The notes under the pieces were generated by a model that was not told the DNA's origin, ran no database searches, and saw nothing but the letters and a program-made list of their open reading frames with translations. Of a stretch of 64,000 bases of DNA, positions 29,716 through 42,947 are shown in pieces (within the stretch, counting starts at the first letter, position 1; each line of letters opens with the position of its first letter). This DNA is from the human T2T-CHM13v2.0 reference genome, Homo sapiens, in assembly GCF_009914755.1 (NCBI RefSeq), contig NC_060936.1, one strand, 5' to 3'. A program made the translations under genes and the position numbers.

Positions 29716-30606
29716 ATCCATTACCATCATTATCACCACGACTACCGCCAGCATCACCATCAGCTCCTCCATCACCACGACTACCGCTGGCATCACCACC
29801 ATCTTCTCCATCACGACTACCGCCAGCATCACCATCAGCTCCTCCATCACCATGACTACCACTGGCATCACCACCATCTTCTCCATCACGACTACCGCCA
29901 GCATCACCATCAGCTCCTCCATCACCATGACTACCACTGGCATCACCACCATCTTCTCCATTACCATGACTACCGCCGGCATCACCACCATCTTCTCCAT
30001 CACGACTACCGCCGGCATCACCACCATCTCCTCCATCACCACGACTACCACTGGCATCACCACAATCTCCTCCATCACCATGACTACCAGTCATCACCAT
30101 CTCTTCCATCACAACTACTGCTTCATCACACCTCCTCCATCACCACAACTACCACCGGCATCATCACCATCTCCTCTGTTGCCACGACTACCTACCACCA
30201 AAATCATCACCATCTCCTCCATCAACACGACTACCACCAGCATCACCACCATCTCCTCCATCACCATGACTATCAGTCATCACCATCATCTTCTCCATCA
30301 CCACGACTACTGCCGGCATCACCACCATCTTCTCCATCACAACTACCGCCAGCATCACCATTACCACCATTATCACCACGACTACCGCCAGCATCACCAT
30401 CATCTTCTCCATCACCATGACTACCACCAAAATCATCACCATCTCCTCCATCACAACTACCACCAGCATCACCATCTCCTCGATCAAGTCTACTGCCAGC
30501 ATCACCACCGTCTCCTCCATCACTACAACTACCGCCAGCATCATCAACATCTCCTCCATCACCAGGACTACGGCTAGCATCATCACCATCTCCTCCACCA
30601 CCACCA
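29716..30606 (+). repeat. Degenerate triplet-based (CAC/CAT) minisatellite, ~36-42-bp higher-order unit
   Basis: Recurring ctccatcaccacgactaccgccagcatcaccaccat; source of the His/Thr-rich and GDGG pseudo-ORFs. Confidence 0.92.
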
Positions 30607-30889
30607 CGCTTACTGGAATCTGAGACTCAGACTCATTTGCCAAGCCCAAGCAGGGGCACCAAAGGTCCAGCTGATTCATCTTCTGCTGCGCGATCAAATG
30701 CAGGTGGAACAGTCAGTGCCACCAGTGCCTAGCCAGCCATTTCCGGGTTGAAAACCTTTAGTAACAGAAAGCAGCTGTTATTCTTACTACCCAAGATTGT
30801 CTCATGATCACACAGGGTGAAATGAACTATTGCCCTGAGTTCAGATCACACCTCTGCACAGGAAACCTCAAACCAAACATTTCACAAGG

Positions 30890-31670
30890 AATGAAGAAAC
30901 CAGCCTAGAGTTCTCTCCTGAACCCTGAACCTGACCATCGAACTGTGGATTTTCCCGTGTATTTAGGTGTCAGTCGGGTAACTCAAACTCAAAACTGGGC
31001 TTCGGCGCAAACCTGAATGTGAATCTCCCCACACTTCTACTGCTCTCTCAGTCTTTCTCATCCTAGGAAATGGTCCTCCCCTTCCACCATGCAGCCCACG
31101 CCAAAAATATGAAGGCCATTCTTGTCACCCCCTTGCACTCCCTCTCAGCCCAGTCTATCACAATGGCTAGCAGGTCCTGCTGCCCCAATATATCCGGGAC
31201 CTCTCCAATGACCCTCACGTCCACTACCATCCTGGTGCAGGCCACCCTTGCCAGTCATGTGGACTACATGGTCGCCGCCTAATCCTCTTTGCTCCCACGC
31301 TTACCTCCACCTCCATTCAGAACTGGAAGTGATCTTATTAAAATAAAAATTGGATCATGTCACTCTCCACCTAAAATCAATCACTACTCTCTGGACATTG
31401 TTCTTGAGATTTAGAATCAATACCCTAGCACAGCCAGCCCTGAGGTCCTGAATGAACTGCCCTGTCCATCTGTCCCCATCTGTGCTCCAGACACCCAGAT
31501 TTTCAGGCAACAAGTTCTTTCTTGCCTCAGGGCCTTTGCACGGCTGTTCCCCATGATGTTCCTCTCTCTGTGAGGGTAAGGACCACATCTGCTCTGTTTA
31601 CTACTTAGTCCTCTTAATTAGGGGACATACAGTTGGCACTCGATAAATATGCCTCAAATAAATCAACAAA
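30890..31670 (+). mobile_element. L2 3' region
   Basis: ggatcatgtcactctcc...gcctcagggcctttgcacggctgttccc...gcactcgataaatat. Confidence 0.8.
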
Positions 31671-32306
31671 CCATGAAAGAACAGACACAGCCCCTAACTG
31701 ATACAGAGGAATACTGCTTCTGAGAAAAGAAAGGACGACTTACCACAAAGTTTCTCTGCTGAGTTCCTGGTCTCAGGAGAGGAAGTGGGAAATTTCCCCA
31801 GCGGTCTCCCAAAGCTTGGGTCTGATCGAATGTGGCCTCAGCACCTGCAGGCTTCAGGTGTGGCGGGTCATTTCCAAGCTGCGGGAAGAAGTAGACACAA
31901 TCTTCTGTCACCAAAGAATGACTTGCAATTTTGCTTGTCTGCCTCCTTCACCTTCCTTGATGCTTAAGAGCCAGGGAGAAGCAGGAATTCTGCTACCATT
32001 TTCCAGTTCAGAACACTGAGGGCTGAGTGAGGGACAGATTTGAAACTGAACTCATGGTCCTCCCAGCCTGAGATTTTTCTTTCCCTTCAACCAAATTTCC
32101 TGGTATGGAACAGTGCAACAATACAACACAGCCATTGACATGAAGCTTTTGTGACTCCTTGAGTAGACCATCAAGTTCCTGAATTTGCCAAAAGAAATGC
32201 ACTTAGGGCTAATTATCCAGGATAGACAGATGATAGCAAGGGACAGAATTGAGGGCACAAGTCAATAACTGGGCATGCACTGCACATATCCTTAATTATC
32301 AAGATG

Positions 32307-32576
32307 TGACTGATGCCCAGCCGATGACAGAAAGAGTTATTATAGGTCAAATTAATTAATAAAAATAAATATAAAAACCAACAAGCATGCTACACATAGT
32401 AAACTCTTAAAGAATTCCCACCTTGGCCATCAAATATTCAAAAACAAAAATTCCTGTATATCAGTAGACCTTCATGTTGACATGCACAATCAAAATATCA
32501 GAAATTTCTTTACTTCTGTTTTGCTAAAAAGAGTTATTAACCTGCTCAGAACCACAGAATAAGATGATAAATTGAA
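32307..32576 (+). repeat. Copy A of a ~270-bp local non-tandem direct duplication (copy B at 33690-33972)
   Basis: Collinear blocks tgactgatgcccagcc, cagaaagagttatt, aagcatgctacacata, tcagtagaccttcatgttgacat, caaaatatcagaaatt, gataaattgaa. Confidence 0.95.
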
Positions 32577-33059
32577 TTAACTTCGGTTTCATCAAAAAGC
32601 TTGCTGATATCCTGCATCCATATGAACCAGCAGGAGTGAGAGGAAGGATAAAAAGCAAGTGAGGCTTTATCCTAGAACTTGGAGCTGAAGAACCATCTGT
32701 ATGGTCAAAATTCAATTTATTTCAATTTAGCAAACATGTTCTGAGCACCTGCAAAGTTCCTGACAGCTGTTAGGCCCAAGCATGAGTAAGATCAAGGCCT
32801 TCCAGGACTCTTCGTCTGACAGGGAATACCAGAACAGGCATGCATAATGCTAGTTCAAGCTAGAATCTAATAAAATTTAGAATTTTGTGCAAGCAATCTG
32901 TGAGGGAAACACATCTAGGCAGGAGACTGAAGTTTATTTTCTAGAGATATTTAATGAGGGAGCTCAGGACTCACATGCAGCAGGTAGAGGTCATAACAGC
33001 CAAGTGCTATTATATTGAAAACAGAAATTAGACAGTCCACCTGTGGATACCCCTCCCCA

Positions 33060-35270
33060 GATCCAATGCATTAAGCAGGTAGGTGGATGCTACCCCTCAC
33101 CACTCTCAAACTAGGCAAGAGACTGGAAATATTTTGGTAGAAAACTACAATCCAAGAGCAAAGACCATGTTTGACATGAGGAGATTCTACAACAAAATGT
33201 GTTCAGCTCCCTCACAGCTACCCTGGAGTGAGCTCACCACTGACCTCCCCCAACCTGTCAAGACTATGCTCCAAAAGCAGTCTTGGAGTACCAAGGAGTA
33301 CAACCAAGGAGTACAGCTTCATTTAAAAACCTCTAATATGGAAGAGTAAAAGAACATAATGATAAAACCCAGAAGAGAGAGAGATCATCCAGCCAACCAA
33401 TCAAGCTTTAAAAAAAAAAAAAAAAAAAAGCAACAAGTCTAACAAGTATCTTCAGAAAGCACATAAAAGTCAAGAACAAGATGCTAAAAAGACCAATGAA
33501 GGACAAAAAGAACTCTTGTGAATGAAAAAGATAGTTGCTGAAATAAAAATTTTAATGGCAGATTTGGATGATAAAAGATATGTCCCAAAGTGCTAGAAAA
33601 TATTAAAGATAAAAAGAGACTATCAATCCAGGAGGTCTAACTTTTACCAATAAGGTTTCTAGAAAGAGAAAATAATAACAACAATCAGCTGACTGATGCC
33701 CAGCCAACTACAGAAAGAGTTATTGTCAAGTTAATTAATAAAATTAACATAAAAATTAATTATAAAAATTAATATAAAAAATATAAAAAGCATGCTACAC
33801 ATAAACTCTTGGGGAATTCTCATCTGGGCCACCAAATATTTAAAAACAAAAATTCCTATATATATATGTATCAGTAGACCTTCATGTTGACATAAACAAC
33901 CAAAATATCAGAAATTCCTTTACTTCTATTTTGTTAGAGTTTTTAAACTGCCCAGAATCACGATAAATTGAAAATTGTCAGAAAAACATAAGAACATGTT
34001 CTAGATTAAAGGATCTCTGAGTGCTCTGCAACACAGATGAGAACAGACCTAAGCAAAGAGTACCATGAGATTCAAGAAGGTGAATGATAAAGAGAAGGCC
34101 CTAAATACTTCCCATAACCGTTAGAAAGAAGAGGTGGAATTTTAAAAAGGAAAAAAATGGGTTAGGGCATTAGACTTCTCAGTAGCAATCTTAGAAGCCA
34201 ACAGAATGTCTTTAAAATTCTGATTGACTATTATTTCCAACTTAAGGTTCTATACCCAAAACAAGCTGTCAGTCAAGTGTGAGGATAGAGAAGAGAGATT
34301 ACCATACATGCAAAGACTCATAAAATGTACCTCCGCAGCCTGTTCTTTCTTAGGAAATGACTGGAAGCTGTGCTGCAGCAAAACAAGTGGGGAAAAAAAA
34401 AAGATAAAAGGGAAAGCCACGGGATCCAGGAAACAACAAATCCTACCCTAAACAGGGATAGAGAAGAATTCCAAGGTGACAGCTGAGCCTTAGCTCTCAA
34501 GAGCAATGGGTTTGAAACAAGATTACAAAGAGCTTTAGAAATAAAGAATCTAGAGAAAAGAGAGACTCAAGAAAAGCTTTTGATATCAGAAAGAACGGGA
34601 GAAGAGTTTTTAATATGTGGATTGCAAATGGCACAATTGAAAATCAGGCTATTAATAACTCCAGGAAAACTAAAAAGCCATACAACGAAAGGGATGTAAC
34701 CACAGTCACTAATTGGTGCTACCATTAGCAATATACACACAATAACAACGTACCAACTAAGTATTCACTTAAATAAAGTAGCAATTTAACTATGTGTATA
34801 GACTGGGGGAGGGAAACTAAGATAACTAAATCTTCATTTACCACAGAGCTTCTTAAACTCAGCAGTGTGACATTTGGGGCCAGGTAATTCTTCCTTGTGC
34901 AGGCTGTCCTGTGCACTATGGGGTGTTCAGCAGTATCCCTGCCAGTAGCAACCAGAGGCCAGTAGCACACACGTTTCCCTGAATCATGACAAACAGAAGT
35001 GTCTCCCAACGCCAACCCTGAAAGGCAAAACTGCCCGCTCAAAGCCCTTTGAGAACCACTTACCTACCACCCCAGAAAGTGCTGCTAATATTTTTTTACT
35101 TTGGAAAACTGGTAAGTCAAAAAAAAAAAAAGTTACAATATTGGCAATTTTTACTATTATTTAAGAGCTTCAAGAAGAAACCACTAAAAGTATTGAAAGC
35201 GGGCTCAAGGGACTGGGTATGGAAAGAAGAGACAGCACGAGATTGTTTCCATATACCTTTATACACTTAA
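33060..35270 (+). mobile_element. HAL1 (half-L1) remnant, interrupted by duplication copy B and MER20
   Basis: caatccaggaggtctaac, gacttctcagtagcaa, tcaagtgtgaggatag...catgcaaagactca, gggatccaggaaaca...gacagctg. Confidence 0.75.
34844..35061 (-). mobile_element. MER20 hAT-Charlie element
   Basis: ggctgtcctgtgcact...ttgagaaccact; 8-bp TSD atttacca/acctacca. Confidence 0.85.
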
Positions 35271-38031
35271 TTTTTCAAATTACATGCATGCACTTTCAAG
35301 TTATAAACTACTGTTGCAGCACAAAAGAAAGCATGCTTGTGTCTGGCTTGGGAACTCACTGAAGTCTTCCTCCACAAATCTTTCTCAAAGGAAACCTTAT
35401 ACTATCACATTAACTTACTTGATATGCCCATGTCTTTTCTTTAAACTACATGAAACAAATAGTTATCACATAAAAACATTTTTAAAAATCTATACATCTC
35501 CTAAAATCAACTGATGTAACACCACTGGTCCACCTACTTCATCGTGGGACGATTTCAGCAAAAAATAAAAGAGACGTTTCTAACCAGATCAGATGGGCTG
35601 GATGCAAACAAATCAAGGCAGACACCTCCAGTGAGATCCCTGCAGGCAGAGGCACATCGTCGTCATTGCTGACTACCTCCTTTTAGTGCAAACCCCCAAA
35701 TCCTTACCTCCACCAACACACATCCTATTCTGCTCCTCTAAGGAATCATGTTCTCTCAGAGAAATCATTAAGAATAACATGAAAAAACGAGATTACAGGA
35801 AGTCACGATAATCTGCAAGTGATGTACATTTTTTTTTCTAGTTCTATTACAGAAGAAAAAATTTGGGGGTGGGGCAATGATTCCTGGCTTCTCAATGCAT
35901 TTAGTGCAGGTCGGTGCCCTCCGTACAGAACAAGTAAACCTACCGCTTTCTCCCCTCATCTTCCTGGGCTGCCGGGATGTGCTTTTTCAACCACCCTGTT
36001 CTCTTTGCTCTGGGGCCCCTCCTGTCCTCGGCTCGGCCTACTCCATCGTTAAAGAGGCTAAGGGGCTTTAATATCTCACCAGGCTGACTGGAGAGCTTGC
36101 TAATGATGATAGGGCATAAAAAACTACTCTGTATGGTTACATGTGAAGTATGTTAATTATTAATTCAAAAGTGGTCCAGCAAGTTAAAGGATTTGTGGGG
36201 CTGTGCATAACCAACCCTAATGAGCCCATGTAAAATTGAGTACAGAGCTTGAAGACCACTTTACACAAAGTTTTAATTAACAGAGCCATTTAGGCAGAGA
36301 GGAAAACAAAAACAATGATTCATTGATGTACGTTTTACTGCTGCCGTGGAACACCAGGACACATAAAACACCGGCCACCTGCTCTGCCCCATAAACATCT
36401 TCCTCACGGAGCACAGGATCATGCCTTCTGCCAGGAGGGAGGAGCCAGTTCTTGCTATTTAATGTTAGGCATAGACGCAGTTCATTTCATCTGTTTACTA
36501 CAAGGTCCTCGCTACATAGAATAAAAAAAGAACCCCCCAGGTCTTAAGCCAGAGTCAGCACCCTCACGTTTTGCTGTATATTTCAACTAACAGCGGACCT
36601 ACATGAAATTAAAATGCTACAATTATATCTATTGTCTGAGTATATTCATTATCTAAAGGGTGTTCAACTTTGTCTCATCATTTGAGCTCAAAGAATTGAA
36701 AATGTTGCACAAAAATTGAATACAGAGTAGGAATTTCCACTTGAGATTTCACAACTTTGAATGGATGCTGTTTCTAATGCCAGTTCTGTGATGCTTAAAC
36801 TAGCAAAACCAAACTGTTCCCACCAGAACGGTGAATTCCTGAGGGAGGAAAGTTGGAGGGACAAATAACCGGACACCCAGCCCTTGCCTTTCCTCCTGAA
36901 CCACATCCTATCCCGAGTGTCCCGCCCACAGCCCACCGAAACTGATCCTCGAGACCAAGGGTCTTTTCTAGCCTGATACAAGGCCTGAGGACAGATTTGG
37001 AACAGCATACCCACAGGGTAGTAACAGTGATTTGAGCCACAATTAAGACCCAAAGGTTTAGAAACCAGGGGTTATCACAACCCCTTGAGGCTGGAAATGC
37101 CTCTTCCCACCTCTCAGCCCAGAAAACAACCCTTGCTCTACAGCCCACAGCCTAGAAAGAGATTGATTTCCCGTCTGTGTCTAAGCTGTATCTCATTAAC
37201 CCACGGGGCTCTTTCCCCAGCCCCAGAAGCAGGTACTTACAAGGCACCGGAGATTAGTGGTCTAGTGGACCAGACAGACTGGTCCAGGCCTCCCCGCCGG
37301 CCCCCCTTCCGGTCCCCGTGGACGCCAGCCTCTCTGAGCCTCGGATGTTTGTGCTCGGCACCAGGCTGGAAGGCTATTTACTTATTCATGGGCTGCCCAA
37401 GCCGGCCAGGAACTGCTTTGTGTCAGCTGAATAGGATGGTAATTCAATCTGCGAATGGGAGCCGTTGGCACACAGCACGCCTGTCATAATGAGTCACAGG
37501 GGGGACAAGCACCCAGCGTTCAGAGCCACTGGGAACCTGTCCTTCGACAACGAGCTGTGTCACAAGACACCACCTTCCTTTCCTCAGTCGCTCTCTTCCC
37601 CCCGAATCTCCCCACCCCTGATCAACTCTCCTGGAGATGCATGACACAGAATTACATATCCTTGGGAGCGGAGACGGGGAGGCGGGTAATGCCACCTGTT
37701 CTCTTGAGCTGTATACATGGAAAGAGAGGAGACAGAAGTGTTGGGAAGGAATCTGAAGCAAGAAACGCGGAGTGAGGAAGCGGGAGGAAAAGCTCACCTG
37801 CACCAGGAGTCCTCAGGTTTAATGTTTTCTATGCCCTATCTCACACACTCCTCATCAAAGCCCTTGGAGCAAATGAACAATTAGCCTCAGGCAGGTTAAC
37901 AATCACACCCGAAGTCTCTGACTGGGGGTCTTTGAGCCCTGGTCCATCTCACGTCACAAGCCACATGCTGCCTTTGGTCCAGCACGTCACATCATCCAAT
38001 GCAAAGAAACCTGCCTCTCTTTAAAGATGAC

Positions 38032-38332
38032 TTTTTTTTTTTCCAGACAAGGTCTCATTCTGCCACCTAGGCTGAAGTGCAGTGGCGTGATCTCAGCTCA
38101 CTGCAGCCTCGACCTCCCAGCTTCAAGCTATCCTTCCACCTCAGCCTCCCAAGTAGCTGAGGCTACCAGTGCTTACCACCATGCCTGGCTAATGAAAAAA
38201 TATATATATTTTTGTAGAGATGGGATCTCACTATGTCACCCAGGCTCATCTCAAACACCTGAGCTCAAGTAATCCACCTGCTGCAGCTTCCCAAAGTGCT
38301 GGGATTACAGGCCTGAGCCACCACACCCGGCT
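38032..38332 (-). mobile_element. AluJ
   Basis: J diagnostics (cagcctcgacctcc, ctcactatgt, gagctcaagtaatcc). Confidence 0.92.
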
Positions 38333-38849
38333 GACTCCACCTGTAAACAAATCATTTTCTGTTTCCAGTAACAACAGAGTCTCCAGCACATTAATTAAAG
38401 TCACAGAATCCAGAGCACACAAAAAAAAGGGAGCTGAGATTCAGAGATGAGAAGACCCTAGCCAGGTGACACAGCCCAGCTCCCCCTGCCCCAGGGGACC
38501 AGGCAGGATGGAGCCCATCCCCTGCCGTTCTCCTTCCAGGGTTTCTTGAGAGTTAAGGACATGCCTTTCATCAGATTGCTTTGTTCCAGTCTCAGGAAGC
38601 TCAGCAGTTCATTTTCTCCACATCCACTGCATGGGCTGCTGGTTACTGCTGTAGAAAAACCACAAGCCAGGCGGGCCAGCGCCTGGACCTACCTCTGTCC
38701 CCATTAGACTGTCACTCCAGGAGGGGAGGGACCCTGCTTATCGTATTCTAAGCACCCAGGAGAGCATCCGGCCAAAGGAGCTACTGAAACACTTGTTGAG
38801 ATGCCAAATGAATGAAGTCTTCAACCTCTCTGTTGCCTTCCCATATGTA

Positions 38850-39240
38850 GCAGTGAGGATAGGCTGGACTCTGCTGTGGTTACAAATAATTCTGATTACA
38901 GTGGCTTAAGATCACCTGGGTGCATTGGTGGCACCTGCCCTGTGTCTGCAGCTCTGCTCCAAATCATCCCCACCTGGGACCCAAGCTGACAGAATGGCCA
39001 CCACCCAGGTCACTGCACATCAGCAGGAAGGAGAAGCTCGAGGGGATACTGCTGGCATTGAGAGCTGCACCCCAAGACACTGGCAATTTCTGTGCTCTGG
39101 ACACCAATTCGTGACTCACAATGCTATCTCATTGTGGCACCTGCTACTGTTTCCATGCATCATGCACAGGCCCAGATGGAAAGATGGGGCCCAGGGGTGC
39201 AGTCCCACCTAACATCTGAAAGGGACCTGATGAATGCCCA
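38850..39240 (-). mobile_element. MLT1K-like MaLR LTR
   Basis: ggataggctggactctgctgtggttacaaat...gggacccaagctgacaga. Confidence 0.6.
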
Positions 39241-39299
39241 CACATCTTATCGTCCTCCCAACCCTTCCCCACTCTACATTCCAGCTTCTGACTTCACTC

Positions 39300-40840
39300 C
39301 CCTGCATTCTCCTACTGGGGTCCCCTACATCCACTCCACCACCCCCTACTGTCTTCTCCACACAGCCAACTTGCAAAACGGAAATCTATGTCCCTCCCCT
39401 GCCAAAGCCCCTCTGCCTTCCAGCCTCCGAGTGAAGGTTACCATGCCACTCGTGACCTGGTTCCGCTAAGCCCTCAAGGTTCATCTCTTGCCACCACCCT
39501 CCATTTCCACGCTTTATGATGAACTACTCCTTCCAAGATCTCAAACGGAGTCTTTGGCCTCTCTCGGCCAGACCTCACACTCGCTATCCCCCAATGAGGC
39601 TGGTCTATACTCCTTGTCCCGACATGGCTGGCTCTATTGTCTTTCAGGCAGATGTCACTTCGCCCAGGAAGCCCTCCCTCTAAGACCTTTCATCTGTGTT
39701 CTCATGTCATCTTCCCTCCCTACTGGCACTCTCGAGCACCACACAGATTCCTAATTTCCTAACTACCTATTGGTGGTCCTCACAGAACTAGAACCACGTG
39801 GAGATTGGCGGTTGTATGTATCTTATTTACCAGCTGGTTCTGTGCAGGTGCGAGGACCCAGCTTTGTTTTTTTACCAGCTGAATCACCTTGAACACTCAT
39901 TGGACCTCACTAAACCTCAATTGACTCAGCTGTGAAGTAGGTATAATAGTGTCCCCTAATCCAAGGGCTTCTTAAATGGACTAGATGAGGTAATAACCAC
40001 ATAGCTCTTAGCCCAGTGTTGGGTATGTGCCAGATACTCGCACACTATTGAAGAAATGAATGGATAGGGAAATGAGTGAACACTAAACCATCAGCCAGCC
40101 CCATGACATGAGCCCAGCAAGGTAGGAATGTCAGCCTGGCGTTACAGAGAGTTTGGGTGTGGAGTCAGCACTGCAGAGAACAGCGCTGAGCTATGAGGAG
40201 AAACCAAGTCCTGACAGCATTACTGCAGCCCCTGGATCAAGCTGTAACTGAAGCTGGATACCTACAGCTGGGTTTTTCAGTTGTGTTTCAACACATTCCC
40301 TTTTAGGACTAAGTCAATATAATTAGGTTTTCTGCCACTTTTAGTAAAAACCAAACCCAAACCAATACACACCTAGTAATGCTTTGGGGATGGTGTCTTG
40401 TCGCCTTGTTCTGGGTACAGAAGAGCAGAGAATCATGAAGGTGTGTACGCTATGCCTATTCAGTACCATCTCTTTGGCTCCAGGTTGCATTTGAATGTTA
40501 AAATGGTAAAGTGTTCATAGCAGTATATATAGAAAATTCCACACTCCACAGCCATCGAATCTTTGCACTGAGATGTTCTGCGGAGCTGCATCCTGTTTTC
40601 CTGCCTCTGCTGCCTCATCCTGTCCTCAGATCACCTCTCAGCAGAGGCTAAAGCCCCACCGCATCTCCCCATCCCATCACCATTTAAAATGCTTATCACC
40701 AGTTGCCCCAGTGGAATGGGAGGCCCCTGGGAGTAGAGTCCTTGTTGGTCTCACAGCCCATGGGGCCCCTCCCAGCCTAGAGCAGTGCCTGGAACGCAGG
40801 AAACACTGGATTGACACATTTCGAGTGAATGAATGAATGG
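39300..40840 (+). mobile_element. Patchwork of L2, MIR (~39880-40050) and MLT1J-like (~40120-40370) fragments
   Basis: L2 3' ends (cagtgcctggaacgcagg...gaatgaatgaatg), degenerate MIR core, ccctggatcaagctgtaactgaagc. Confidence 0.6.
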
Positions 40841-41664
40841 ATGCGTGCCTGAGACAGCACATCGGACTGGAGGATCCACAATGCTTTAGTGTAATTAGTC
40901 ATGCAATTAGTGAGTTCAAGAAGCAGCCCCCATTAAAATGAAAGCAATGTAAACCAACCCTGGGAACATATAATAAGAGTAATGTGATTAGAACCAAAGC
41001 TTCAGGCCACAGTTAAGGAATCCTAAAATTAATGAAGATAAAGAATTGATCAATGTATCCCTGCACTGTCTGCCGGGAGCAAAGGGATTTGTGGGACTTG
41101 GTTAGAACCAACCCTGATGCCTAACAGAATGAGGTAGAGCTGTGATGTCCTGGTGTAAATGTCCTTCTGCTAACAATGCCCTCTTTCCTATTTGTTGTTT
41201 ATCCAGAAACCTTCAGGCCTGGCTTGGGGTACCTTCCTGTACAGCTCATGGGAAAGGAGAGGAGGGATGAGCAGATTCCCTGGGTCCTGCCGGCTTTACT
41301 GACTTTGGTTATTAAGAAGATAATATTCTGGTTGGTAAATAAGTTATTTGGGGACTTTGGCATTGACTGTGTAGACAGTTGGGAAAATCAGCCTTCTTGG
41401 AAATGCAAACTTAATGACCATGGGTTCTAATGTCCTCTGAACCCAGCCCCAGCTGCTTTGGTATAGTGACTTCACCAACATCTAGTTGCTAGAATGAGAT
41501 AGTATTGGATGAATAACTTGTGAGTCACGAAATTGGTGTCCAGAGCACAGAAATCGCCAATGTCTTGCCTTCTTGATTTCTCCAGGGTCTCCCCAGATGG
41601 ACACACATTAAAGCCACCCTGTTTGGGAATAGACACCGATTAAGTTCAACTTAGAATTACTCCC

Positions 41665-42540
41665 ATAAGCAACCAAGATGTCTTTCATAGGCGAATGAAT
41701 GATATATCCAGATACTGGAATAACTCAACACTTTTAAAAAATAAATTATCAAGCCACAAAGAGATATAGAGGAGCCTTCATTGCACATCACTAAGTGAAA
41801 GAAGCCAGTCTGAAAAGGATATAAACTATATGATTCCAACTCTATCGGGGTCCCGAAGCCCCGAGCTGCGGGCTAGTAAAGGTAGCCTGTTAGGAACGAG
41901 GCCGCACAGCAGGAGGTGAATGGTGGGTGAACAAGTGACTGCCTGAGCTCCGCCTCCTGTCAGATCATCAGGCATTAGGTTCTCATAGGAATGTGAACCC
42001 TACTGTGAACTATGCATGCGAGGGATCTGGGCTGCATGCTCCTTATGAGTATCTAATGCCTGATGATCTGAGGTTTCATCCTGAAACCTTTCCCCCTCCC
42101 CATCTGTTGTCTTCTATGAAACTGATCCCTGGTGCCAAAAAGGTTGGAGACCACTGAACTATAGTACATTGCGGAAAAGGCAAAACTATGGAGATCGTTA
42201 AAAAAAAAAAAATTAGTGGTTGCCAGGGGTGAGCAGCAGGGAGGGAATAACAGGTAGAACAGGAGGGATTTTTAGGGCAGTGGAACCACAGGGTCTGATG
42301 CTATGACAGAGACACATTTGTCAAAAGCCATAGAATGCACAAGACAAGGAGTAAACCCTAATGTAAACTATGGACTCTAGTTAATAATACAATATCAATA
42401 TTGGATCATCAACTGAAACAAATGTACCATAGTAATAATAGGGGAAACTGTGGGGTCAGGAAGAGGGGGTGCTTGGGAACTCCCTGTACTCTTTGATCAG
42501 TTTTTCTGTAAAGCTAAAACTGCTCTTTTAATAAAAGCCT
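41665..42540 (+). mobile_element. L1MC2-like 3' end
   Basis: aagtgaaagaagccagtctgaaaagg...aaccctaatgtaaactatggactctagttaataat. Confidence 0.85.
41846..42156 (+). mobile_element. MER1B hAT element nested in L1MC2
   Basis: gcctgagctccgcctcctgtcagatca...ccctggtgccaaaaaggttggagaccactg; 8-bp TSD aactctat/aactatag. Confidence 0.9.

Positions 42541-42947
<407 letters not shown>

Noticed and set aside
29639-30697. His-rich, mucin-like Thr-rich and GDGG ORFs
   Set aside because: Products of a triplet-based minisatellite that is open in multiple frames
32307-33972. Direct repeats as the LTR pair of a novel retroelement
   Set aside because: No CA 3' terminus, TSD, PBS or PPT; HAL1 runs across copy B
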